Positions 45,923 through 54,324 are shown, numbered from the stretch's first letter. The stretch is DNA of 64,000 nt from an uncultured Candidatus Saccharibacteria bacterium (GCA_964363965.1 CAYIKH010000001.1:727-64726); one strand, 5' to 3'. Translations and numbers: made by a program. The notes: a model not told the origin generated them from the letters alone.

Positions 45923-48253
45923 ATGAAAAACAACCGCTTACGCGTTGTGGCAAATTGGTTCGGGGTTATACAGCTCATTGTCAGATCTTACGGCGATATG
46001 TTAAAGTGGTTTGGTATGTCCCCAACCGAAAAATATCTCTCCTGGATTTTAAAAGGCGGATTATTACTCACGCCTTTTCTTGTTTTCATCGTGACGCGCT
46101 CGCTCTATTTTCCGTTCATCACCGGCAAGAATTTCGCCTTCAGGATTCTCATTGAAATCCTGGCGGTGATTTGGGTTTATGCTGCCTTGCGATATGAGCG
46201 CTTCCGGCCGCGCTTCTCGTGGCTAGGTGCGGCTGTAGTGGTGTTCATTGCCGTGATGGGTTTGGCCGTTATTTTCTCGCTTTCGCCCTACCGCAGCTTC
46301 TGGTCAAACTTCGAGCGGATGGAGGGCTACATCGGCCTTTTACACTTTCTTGCCTACTTCCTGATTCTGGGGAGCGTATTTGCGGGCGAACGCGATTGGC
46401 GGATATTTTTTTCAACTTCACTTGCGGCAAGCGTCGCCATCTCGTTTTATGCGGTGTTGCAGCTTGCCGGCAGACTTGCCATTCATCAGGGCGGGACGCG
46501 AGTAGATGCCACCTTGGGCAATGCCACATATCTTGCTGCCTACCTTCTCTTCCATATTTTTTTCCTGCTTTGGTTTTTACTCCGCTCCCGCGAGCTCTGG
46601 CTCCGCGTCGGCCTTGGCGCAGTCTTAGCATTCGAGCTTGTCATCCTCTACTTCACCGCCACCCGCGGGGCAATACTCGGGCTTCTGGGCGGGTTTATTG
46701 TCCTTGGGCTACTGCTGGCTTTGCTGGAACGCGGAACTCTACGCCGCATCGCCTTGGCCGGCCTGGGAATTGTTGTTCTAATTCCGGCGGTATTTTTCTT
46801 TATCCGGGACACTTCGCTGGTGAAGTCAAGCGATGTTCTAATCCGTTTCGCTTCAATATCGCCCTCCGAGACCACCACCCAGGCGCGCTTCACCATCTGG
46901 AACATGGCCCTGCAGGGTTTTAAGGAACGGCCTATTCTCGGCTGGGGTCAGGAAAACTTCATCTATGTTTTTTCGAAATACTACGACCCATCGCTGTGGC
47001 GTCAGGAGCCGTGGTTTGACCGCGCTCATAACGTCTTTCTGGATTGGCTCACCGCCGGCGGGGTGCTGGGACTTTTGAGTTATCTTGCCATGTTTGCGGC
47101 CGCGGGCTGGCTCCTGGTCTCGGCCCTCCGGGCGCGGACGATTGATGCGGTAACCTTCGGCATCTTTTCCTCGCTCCTGGCGGCCCATTTTTTCCAGATT
47201 CTTTTTGTTTTTGATAATCTTACAAGCTACCTTCTATTTTTCGGAGTGCTTGCCTATGTGCACTCGACAGCGGCCGGGTTCGCTAGCGGTGCGGAGATTG
47301 CGGCCTCTGGCGGCCGGTCAAAGCCAAAAGCCGTCAGCTTGCGAGGGCTCGAGCTTCCCTTGGGTGCTACGGTCGGGGTGACGGCGCTTGTCGCGGCCGG
47401 GATGATCCTGCTTCTTTACTTTGCAAACATCAGGCCGATTATGGCCGCAAAGTCAATTTTGGACGCGCTTCGCTTAAACCAGGTTCATGAGCCGGCCGGA
47501 AAGGTTGATGCCATGATGTTGGAATTCCGGCAAGGGCTTGAATTACGCACCTTTGGCACCATGGAACTCCGCGAGCAGATTTCTCAGACGTCAAACTTCA
47601 TCCTGCGAGATTCGTCGATTGCGCTACAGGATAAAGAAAAATATATCGAGTTTGCCATTCAGGAGCTCGAGGCCCAGCGCACCGCCGTTCCTTCAGATGT
47701 CCGGGCTAAAGCCTTCCTTTCTACGCTTTATGTGGCCGGGGGGCGTCCGGCCGATGCCATCCGCGTCGTTGACGAGGCGCTGGCCATCAGCCAGCGCCGC
47801 CAGCAATTTTACTTTATTGCCGCGGAGGCCTACTTGAACGCCGGCGATAACCAGCGAGCCGTTGAGGTTCTATCCCGCGCCTATGATCTGGCCCCTGATT
47901 ACCCCGAAGCCATTACCAACCTTGCCGTAGTCTATATCTTGAGCGGAAAAGACGAGGAGGCAGAGTTGCTGTTTGAGAAACACTTTGGAACGCGCGTTGT
48001 GGCCAGGGAGCAATATGCCCAGGCGTATCTGCAGATTGGACGATTTGATAAAGCCGCAGAAATATGGGAGGTTATGGCCGCCGCGAACCCCAACGATGCC
48101 AGACTCCACGCTGCGCTCGGCGTGGCTTATGCCCGTTCCGGCCGGCCGCAAGAAGGGATTCGGGAGATTGAAAAAGCCATTGAGCTTGAGCCTAATTTCA
48201 AGTCAGACGGAGAGATGATTATTCAAAGCATCAGAAGCGGACAAATCAGATAA
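45923..48253 (+). CDS. O-antigen ligase/polymerase-like (Wzy_C) membrane protein fused to C-terminal TPR repeats; candidate O-oligosaccharyltransferase
   Basis: The multi-TM N-terminal region carries the Wzy_C signature RAHNVFLDWLTAGGVLGLL. The C-terminal ~300 aa hold TPR-like repeats (AEAYLNAGDNQRAVEVLSRAYDLAPDY...). The start is uncertain; alternative Met codons lie downstream. Confidence 0.65.
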   Translation: MKNNRLRVVANWFGVIQLIVRSYGDMLKWFGMSPTEKYLSWILKGGLLLTPFLVFIVTRSLYFPFITGKNFAFRILIEILAVIWVYAALRYERFRPRFSWLGAAVVVFIAVMGLAVIFSLSPYRSFWSNFERMEGYIGLLHFLAYFLILGSVFAGERDWRIFFSTSLAASVAISFYAVLQLAGRLAIHQGGTRVDATLGNATYLAAYLLFHIFFLLWFLLRSRELWLRVGLGAVLAFELVILYFTATRGAILGLLGGFIVLGLLLALLERGTLRRIALAGLGIVVLIPAVFFFIRDTSLVKSSDVLIRFASISPSETTTQARFTIWNMALQGFKERPILGWGQENFIYVFSKYYDPSLWRQEPWFDRAHNVFLDWLTAGGVLGLLSYLAMFAAAGWLLVSALRARTIDAVTFGIFSSLLAAHFFQILFVFDNLTSYLLFFGVLAYVHSTAAGFASGAEIAASGGRSKPKAVSLRGLELPLGATVGVTALVAAGMILLLYFANIRPIMAAKSILDALRLNQVHEPAGKVDAMMLEFRQGLELRTFGTMELREQISQTSNFILRDSSIALQDKEKYIEFAIQELEAQRTAVPSDVRAKAFLSTLYVAGGRPADAIRVVDEALAISQRRQQFYFIAAEAYLNAGDNQRAVEVLSRAYDLAPDYPEAITNLAVVYILSGKDEEAELLFEKHFGTRVVAREQYAQAYLQIGRFDKAAEIWEVMAAANPNDARLHAALGVAYARSGRPQEGIREIEKAIELEPNFKSDGEMIIQSIRSGQIR

Positions 48254-48439
48254 CCGAAATTCTAAATCCGAATATCGAAATCCGAAACAAATTCGAATTT
48301 TCAAATTCTAAATTTCAAACACGTTTCGGTTTTTAGAGTTTAGGTATTGGGATTTGTTTCGAATTTCGTGCTTCGTGCTTCGGATTTCAGTCTTGGTATA
48401 AACCTGGTTTCCTGGATTAAGGTAATAACTAATGGAAGC
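48254..48439. repeat. Low-complexity intergenic repeat region
   Basis: Degenerate repeats of aaattctaaat / cgaaatccgaa, plus a tandem tcgtgct x2 (48366-48379). Confidence 0.5.
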
Positions 48440-49324
48440 ATGAATAAAATCCCCATTGGCATCATCGGCGTAGGCATGGTCGGCGGCGCCTATGCCGATT
48501 GGTTCGAAACCCAGGGGCATCCCATCCGTAGATACGATCTTTTCAAAAGGATCGGCTCGCTCGAGGAGGTGAACGGCGTTGAGCTTGTACTCATCGCCGT
48601 GCCTACGCCATTTGATGAGGCCACGGACCGATTTGACGGGAGAGCCGTCGAGAGCGCCGTCTCTTCGCTGGTTGGTATGAAGACCGTGATCATCAAGTCA
48701 ACGGTTCTTCCCGGGACGACCGAGATGCTCCAGCAAAGATACCCCCAGCACCGCATTCTTTTTTCGCCGGAATTTCTTACGGAATCAAGCGCCGCCGATG
48801 ACGTTAGTCATCCAAAGATAAACCTCATCGGTTATACCGAAGCATCCCGTTCCGTTGCGCCGGATGTCTTGTCCCTCTTCGCGCGTGCGCCCTTTGAGAA
48901 GATAATGCCGAGCGGCGAGGCCGAATTATTCAAGTACCTCCGTAACGCCTTCTTCGCCACGAAAGTTATCTTTTTCAATCAGATGTATGATCTTTGCACG
49001 AAGCTCGGCATTGACTACGAGGCCATCCGCGAATGCGTAGCGCACGACCCCTGGATCGGGGGACAACACACGATCATCCGGCACAAGGGCTACCGCGGCT
49101 ACGGCGGCAAGTGCCTGCCCAAGGACACGCGCGCATTCCTCCGATTCTCGGCGGAGCATGGCGTCAACCAGCAGCTCCTCGATGTAGTGGATGAGATCAA
49201 CCAGAAGATCACCGCCATTCCCGGCTCATCGACAGAACGTGAAGGTGAAAGGATGGGTGTGAAAGAGAAGTTTGAGTCCCGAGTCCTGAATCAGGAATCC
49301 CGTCAGAGGCGAGGCTCGCCCTGA
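48440..49324 (+). CDS. UDP-glucose/GDP-mannose dehydrogenase family protein, short form lacking C-terminal UDP-binding domain (possibly truncated)
   Basis: IGIIGVGMVGG NAD motif and the GGKCLPKD catalytic Cys motif. At 294 aa it ends in a non-homologous tail where the ~100-aa C-terminal domain would be. Confidence 0.55.
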   Translation: MNKIPIGIIGVGMVGGAYADWFETQGHPIRRYDLFKRIGSLEEVNGVELVLIAVPTPFDEATDRFDGRAVESAVSSLVGMKTVIIKSTVLPGTTEMLQQRYPQHRILFSPEFLTESSAADDVSHPKINLIGYTEASRSVAPDVLSLFARAPFEKIMPSGEAELFKYLRNAFFATKVIFFNQMYDLCTKLGIDYEAIRECVAHDPWIGGQHTIIRHKGYRGYGGKCLPKDTRAFLRFSAEHGVNQQLLDVVDEINQKITAIPGSSTEREGERMGVKEKFESRVLNQESRQRRGSP

Positions 49325-49332
49325 TGGGCGGC

Positions 49333-49374
49333 AGGAATCAGGAATGTTGATGCGCTTCATGATTCCTGATTCTT
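49333..49374. terminator. Hairpin at convergent gene junction (possible bidirectional terminator)
   Basis: gaatcaggaat (49335-49345) pairs with attcctgattc (49362-49372). There is no clean U-tract. A third copy of aatcaggaat lies at ~49292 inside the upstream gene tail. Confidence 0.4.
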
Positions 49375-49384
49375 AGTTCCCGTA

Positions 49385-50803
49385 CTATCGGCCGCTCCGC
49401 TGCAAGAGCTTAAGAGTAGTTTTTAGCAAGATGGTGAGATCGAGAAAAAGAGAGCGATTTTTAATATAGTAAAGATCGTATTGGATTTTAGTCGGGGCAT
49501 CGGCCACTGAGGCATCGTTTTCCATGTTGGTCTGGGCCCAGCCGGTGAGGCCTGGTAAAACTAGCTCGCGCATGCGGTAGAATGGTATTTCATTCTCGAG
49601 GGCAGATACGAATTCCGGACGCTCCGGCCGCGGGCCGACGAATGACATCTCGCCTAAAATGATGTTCCAAAACTGAGGTAGCTCATCAAGGTAGGTTTTG
49701 CGCAAGAACTCGCCAACCCGGTAGGATCGCGGATCTGGACCAACGGCGCTTTTTTCATGCCCCATCTTCTCCGCGCCAAGCACCTGACTTCTAAATTTCA
49801 GGAAATTGAAAATACGGCCGTTTTTGCCGACTCTGGCCTGGCGGAAGAAAATGATGCCGTCGCCTTCACGGGCGCGGCGCTTTTTGTAATTAACGATGTC
49901 GAGGGGCGTGGAGAGGATAATACCCAAAGCAATAAACGGCAGGAGTATAAGAGCCACAACTCCCAGGATAGTGACCAGCATCAAGTCGAGTATGCGCTTA
50001 GCGAATTCATACCTGGGACGATGCATGCCGACAAGATTCTCCAGGAACCACGTTTCGGTGATGAGCGAGACCGGAACTTTTCCAGTTACGTTTTCATAAA
50101 AGCGCCTGAGATCAACTATGCTTACACCCAGCGGCACGACTCCAAAAGGCGTTTTGGCTAAAGTCGGGGCGCGCCTGGCTTCATGAGCCACGACGATCCG
50201 GCCTATCCGCTTTTCGCGAATAATCCTGCCCAGTTCCCCGCTGAATACCGGCACTCCAGCCGGAAGCGGCGGCTGTGAGGCGCGGTTATTATTTTCAAGG
50301 AAGAATGTGGGGATGAACCCAAGCTGGGGATTGACCGTAAGAAAAGCCGCCAGTTCCAGCACCTCGGGAGCAAAGCCCCAAAAAAGCACCCGTTCTTTGG
50401 TTCTTTGAATGAGGAGGGTGTTGTAAATCTTTCGCCACCCAAAAAGAAATACGGTCAAGGTAAAAAAGATAATTATAAGGGTGGCCAGGGGCCGCAGGCG
50501 GAATTCAGGAATAAGATAGAAGAGCAGGACCGTGACGACAAAATTAAAGGCCATGGCTCTGGCCAGGCGCTCGAAGAACGGCGGTTCGTTTTTAGCTATT
50601 TTGAGGTCATAAAGGCCAAAGGCGGCCAGCCCCCCGAACCAAAGCGCCATCAGGAACGGCGCGGCAAAAAGATAAAGCTTGGTTATCGTCGGCTCAGGCC
50701 TGCCGCCGTAGCGCAAGATAAGCGAGGCGGCGAGCGCCGCGGCAAAGATCACAAGGTCGCAAAGGACGAGAATGAAATTTTTGAGTGCAATCGGCCGGTG
50801 CAT
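49385..50803 (-). CDS. Polyprenyl-phosphate sugar-1-phosphate transferase (WbaP/WcaJ-like initiating phosphoglycosyltransferase)
   Basis: An N-terminal multi-TM region precedes the Bac_transf C-terminus MSFVGPRPERPEFV...LPGLTGWAQ. Confidence 0.8.
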   Translation of the reverse strand: MHRPIALKNFILVLCDLVIFAAALAASLILRYGGRPEPTITKLYLFAAPFLMALWFGGLAAFGLYDLKIAKNEPPFFERLARAMAFNFVVTVLLFYLIPEFRLRPLATLIIIFFTLTVFLFGWRKIYNTLLIQRTKERVLFWGFAPEVLELAAFLTVNPQLGFIPTFFLENNNRASQPPLPAGVPVFSGELGRIIREKRIGRIVVAHEARRAPTLAKTPFGVVPLGVSIVDLRRFYENVTGKVPVSLITETWFLENLVGMHRPRYEFAKRILDLMLVTILGVVALILLPFIALGIILSTPLDIVNYKKRRAREGDGIIFFRQARVGKNGRIFNFLKFRSQVLGAEKMGHEKSAVGPDPRSYRVGEFLRKTYLDELPQFWNIILGEMSFVGPRPERPEFVSALENEIPFYRMRELVLPGLTGWAQTNMENDASVADAPTKIQYDLYYIKNRSLFLDLTILLKTTLKLLQRSGR

Positions 50804-50819
50804 TTTAGGCAGTGAAGTT

Positions 50820-51980
50820 TTAGCGGTTTTGATAAACTGTGATGGTCTTGGCGATCATGGCCTCAATGTCAAAACCTGTGGCGATGCGTTTTTGGGCTTC
50901 TTGGGCCATGGCTTGACATCGGTCGGGTCTGTCGATTAGAGCCAAGATGGCCTTGGCTATAGCTCCAGCGTTTTTGGGCGGCACGATCAGGCCGCTTTTG
51001 CCGTCAGAGATGAGATCAGGGATGCCGCCGACATTCGTGGCTACAACCGGCAAACCGGCGGCCATAGCTTCCATAATAGAATAGGGCAGACCTTCTTTCA
51101 CTGACGGCAGTACGAAAATATCAAGTCCCTTGAGGTAGCGCGCTGCATCTGGCATGAAGCCAATGAGATGCACGATATTGCCGAGGCCAAGCGTCTGAAT
51201 TTGCCGTTCGATGGCAACGCGATCTTCGCCTTCACCGATGACCATAACTTTGAACTTTAAATTTTGAGCTTTGGATTTTATTAGCTTGATGGCATCAATC
51301 AGGTAAGTCAGGCCCTTATTTTTAGTGAGTTCGGCAATAGTGCCAATAAGAACTAAATCGTGATCCTCTTCCTGCCCAATGGCCTGCATAAAAAAGGCCC
51401 GGGCTGATTCTCGGGGCCGGAAGTCAATTGGGGCGATGCCATGGGCAATGAGATAAAGCTTGGTTTCCGGAATAAACCAGCGCGCCGTTGCAAGATCCGC
51501 CCGATCTATGAGGATTATTTTATTCTGGAAAAGCGACGAAAGCCAGCTCAGGAAAGAGATGGTCAATTTCTGCCACCATGCCCGATCTTCTCTAAACGGC
51601 CAGCCATGTACCGTGAAAGTCACCAGTGACCAGTGACCAGTAACCAGTGACGCAAGCTTGGCCGCTATGGCGCCGAGGCCGCCGACTTTTGAGCTATTAA
51701 GGTGGACGATATCCGGTTTTTCGCGGTAAATAATTTTTATAAATGAAAAGAACGTCAGCAACTCTTTGGCGAAGTTGATGTCGCGTTCTAGGCCGGCTAT
51801 TGAAATAATACGGACACGTCGCTCTTCAAGACGCTTCACCAGCGCTCCTCCGCCGCCGCAGACCACAGCAATATCAAATTGATCCGGCGGCAGGCGAGTA
51901 GCCAGGTCATAAATATATTTTTGGGCGCCGCCCCAATTAGATTTTGTGATTACATATAGAATTTTTTGACGCTGATTCAT
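50820..51980 (-). CDS. GT4 (GT1-fold) glycosyltransferase
   Basis: VLPSVKEGLPYSIMEAMAAGLPVVATNVGGIPDLI is the E-x7-E region of GT4. Confidence 0.8.
   Translation of the reverse strand: MNQRQKILYVITKSNWGGAQKYIYDLATRLPPDQFDIAVVCGGGGALVKRLEERRVRIISIAGLERDINFAKELLTFFSFIKIIYREKPDIVHLNSSKVGGLGAIAAKLASLVTGHWSLVTFTVHGWPFREDRAWWQKLTISFLSWLSSLFQNKIILIDRADLATARWFIPETKLYLIAHGIAPIDFRPRESARAFFMQAIGQEEDHDLVLIGTIAELTKNKGLTYLIDAIKLIKSKAQNLKFKVMVIGEGEDRVAIERQIQTLGLGNIVHLIGFMPDAARYLKGLDIFVLPSVKEGLPYSIMEAMAAGLPVVATNVGGIPDLISDGKSGLIVPPKNAGAIAKAILALIDRPDRCQAMAQEAQKRIATGFDIEAMIAKTITVYQNR
51622..51651 (-). repeat. Heptanucleotide tandem repeat (ACCAGTG)x4 inside GT4 coding sequence
   Basis: accagtg accagtg accagta accagtg ac encodes SLVTGHWSLVT on the minus strand. 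The unit length is not a multiple of 3. Confidence 0.8.
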
Positions 51981-52183
51981 ATAGAAATCCTCATAGATAC
52001 TGGTTATTCCTTAGCAACAAGTTATCCACACTTAGTAGTGTTGTAATACCGCAGGGGGGGTAATAAAATGAGCTCAACGCCCAGTAAGAGGTTGTCGAAC
52101 CTTTTCAATCAATAATACTGGAGCGGAGTCACGTTCGTTCCTTAGACAACGTTGATTCTGGTTTAATTTTTCATACTAAGCAT

Positions 52184-52978
52184 ATGGGTGCTAAAACAAT
52201 TCGGTATTCGCATCGTGATGCCGCGATGGTCATTTTTGTCGCGGCGATTTTCATACTGGCAGTAGTCTATAGCGTCTTTTCAACTACTATCGGTGAAAGT
52301 GTTAACACCGGCGGAACGCTGACCGTGAGTGGGGCCTCAACCTTAACTGGAGCAATCAATGCTTCTTCAACCTTGCAGGTTACTGGTGACGGGCTTTTCT
52401 ATGATCAGCTCTCGGCTGGCGCCTCCACCAACACTCCGACCACGACCTTCAACGTCACTGGTTCGGGCTACTTTACAGGCGGTCTTGGCGTAGGTTATGC
52501 CACCACAGGAACGGGCAACCTCCTTGTCTCGAATTTGGGTGTCTTTCAGCACCGCTTAGGGGTGGCATCCACCTCGCCGGTGCGCAGTTTTGAAGTCGGC
52601 GGCTCCGGCCTCTTTTCTGACGGACTCGGCGTTGGCTACGCTACCACCAGCGGATTCCGGGTCGCCGGCACCGGCCTCTTTGACAACCGCGTCGGGGTTA
52701 CGGCAACGACGGCTCCTTACCAGGAGCTCGGCGTCGGGGGTGACATTGCCGCGAGTTCTAACGCCACGACGACCGTTTCGGCAGAATCAACCGGAACGGA
52801 GATCGGCAGTTGCATAGAGTTGAAAGGCGGCAGGGCCCAGGGCGAGATGAGGTGGATACGCATCTACGTCGGCGGATCGGGCGCCACCAACACTACTGCG
52901 GCCGGTACTATTCCTTCGGCGGTGATCCAGGCCGGCGGGGTTGGACTCTTAGTCATCCAGGAAGGTCGCTGTCAGTAA
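52184..52978 (+). CDS. Thr/Gly/Ser-rich repeat-containing surface protein with N-terminal membrane anchor/signal
   Basis: N-terminal hydrophobic helix (VIFVAAIFILAVVYSVF), then ~40-aa internal repeats (GLGVGYATT...GTGLF...) with very high T/G/S content. Confidence 0.5.
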   Translation: MGAKTIRYSHRDAAMVIFVAAIFILAVVYSVFSTTIGESVNTGGTLTVSGASTLTGAINASSTLQVTGDGLFYDQLSAGASTNTPTTTFNVTGSGYFTGGLGVGYATTGTGNLLVSNLGVFQHRLGVASTSPVRSFEVGGSGLFSDGLGVGYATTSGFRVAGTGLFDNRVGVTATTAPYQELGVGGDIAASSNATTTVSAESTGTEIGSCIELKGGRAQGEMRWIRIYVGGSGATNTTAAGTIPSAVIQAGGVGLLVIQEGRCQ

Positions 52979-53043
52979 TCTCTTAACTGGGCGACCTATA
53001 ATGGTTTGACTTTGTCGGCATTAGGTCGCTCTATTGGCTAATT

Positions 53044-54177
53044 ATGGGACACTTTTTCTTTCGTCTTGGGATTTATGTAGGGTTGCTTGGCGCTCCGCTG
53101 TTAGCCTTTGGTGCCACGGTGGAGCTGTCAATCACTGCTCAAGCTGCAGGCAAAAATTACACGGTTAGCGGCAGTATGACTTCCATTGTTCTTTCCGGCA
53201 ATGACTTTCAGGTAACTCTCGTGAATGGCGAAAACATTACGGTTGAATCACCGGACAAATCCAAGCTGACTTTTGCCGACGCGCCGACCACCTTTACCGA
53301 GACCTGCGGTTCAAGCACTTATTCGGTCCGCATTGAGAAATCAAGCGGCGCGTCCCAGACATTCACTATGACGCCTACGGCCACCACTTGCGGCGCAGCC
53401 ACCGGCAGCGGCGGAGGAGGAACCGGCACAACCGGAGGAGGAGGCGGAGGAGGCGGGGGCGGCGGCGGTCCTTCTTATGCGGCAATAACAACGCCAACTA
53501 CTGCCCCGGCACCTGCACCAGCCCCGGCTCCAGCATTTGGCATAACTTCGGATCTGGCCGCCGGTTCGCAGTCAAACGAAGTAGCGCAACTCCAAGCTTA
53601 TTTAGCTTCTGATTCATCCCTCTATCCTGAAGGTCTGGTCACCGGCTATTACGGTCAGCTAACAGCGGCCGCGGTCAGACGTTTCCAAGCCAAGTACGGC
53701 TTGCCACAGGTTGGCCGAGTTGGCCCTCTTACGCGAGTCAAGTTGGCTGAAATTTTTGGGCCCGTGGCTACGCCAGCACCAACTCCGGCTCCAGCACCAA
53801 CACCCACTCCAGCTCTCCCAGCCGGAGCCGCTATTACCAAGACGCTTCAGCGCGGCTCACAAAACGATGAAGTCTCAACCCTTCAGGCCTTCTTAGCTAA
53901 AGATCCGGCTATTTATCCGGAGGGACTGGTTACTGGTTACTTTGGTCCAGCCACCGAAGGGGCGGTAAAGCGCTTCCAAGAAAAATACGGCATTGATTCT
54001 ATTGGCGTTGTCGGGCCCAAGACGCGTTCTAAGCTCAACGAACTCCTCGGCGCCGCCACGGCGCCAACCCCAGCGCCTACTCCGGCGCCTGCCGGCGATG
54101 ACGCGGCCAAGATCAAGGCGCTTCAGGAACAGCTTAAGGCCTTAGAGGACCAATTGAAAACCCTGCAAGGCCAGTAA
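53044..54177 (+). CDS. Secreted protein with poly-Gly tract, PT-rich linkers, two PG_binding_1-like peptidoglycan-binding domains and C-terminal coiled coil
   Basis: Signal-like N-terminus, G-run (GGGGTGTTGGGGGGGGGGGG), TPAPAPAPAP / PAPTPAPAPTPTP linkers, two copies of ...LQA(Y/F)LA.D...YPEGLVTGY(Y/F)G..T..AV.RFQ.KYG(L/I)...G.VGP.T..KL, and a terminal KALQEQLKALEDQLKTLQ. Confidence 0.6.
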   Translation: MGHFFFRLGIYVGLLGAPLLAFGATVELSITAQAAGKNYTVSGSMTSIVLSGNDFQVTLVNGENITVESPDKSKLTFADAPTTFTETCGSSTYSVRIEKSSGASQTFTMTPTATTCGAATGSGGGGTGTTGGGGGGGGGGGGPSYAAITTPTTAPAPAPAPAPAFGITSDLAAGSQSNEVAQLQAYLASDSSLYPEGLVTGYYGQLTAAAVRRFQAKYGLPQVGRVGPLTRVKLAEIFGPVATPAPTPAPAPTPTPALPAGAAITKTLQRGSQNDEVSTLQAFLAKDPAIYPEGLVTGYFGPATEGAVKRFQEKYGIDSIGVVGPKTRSKLNELLGAATAPTPAPTPAPAGDDAAKIKALQEQLKALEDQLKTLQGQ

Positions 54178-54255
54178 TTGGCTCTTGTTGACAGGATTGT
54201 TAATAACATCCTTGACAGCAACCGCATTCCCTGCTACTAATCAAATGTGAGTGCT

Positions 54256-54324
54256 TTCTCCGCCGCTTGGCGGAGAAATCCACCTATTTGTCGGTATAAA
54301 GCCCCCGTAAGGGGGTTTTATACG
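54256..54324 (+). terminator. Two tandem intrinsic-terminator-like hairpins
   Basis: ttctccgcc-gctt-ggcggagaa (54256-54277), then aaagccccc-gtaa-gggggtttt followed by ata (54298-54324). Confidence 0.55.
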
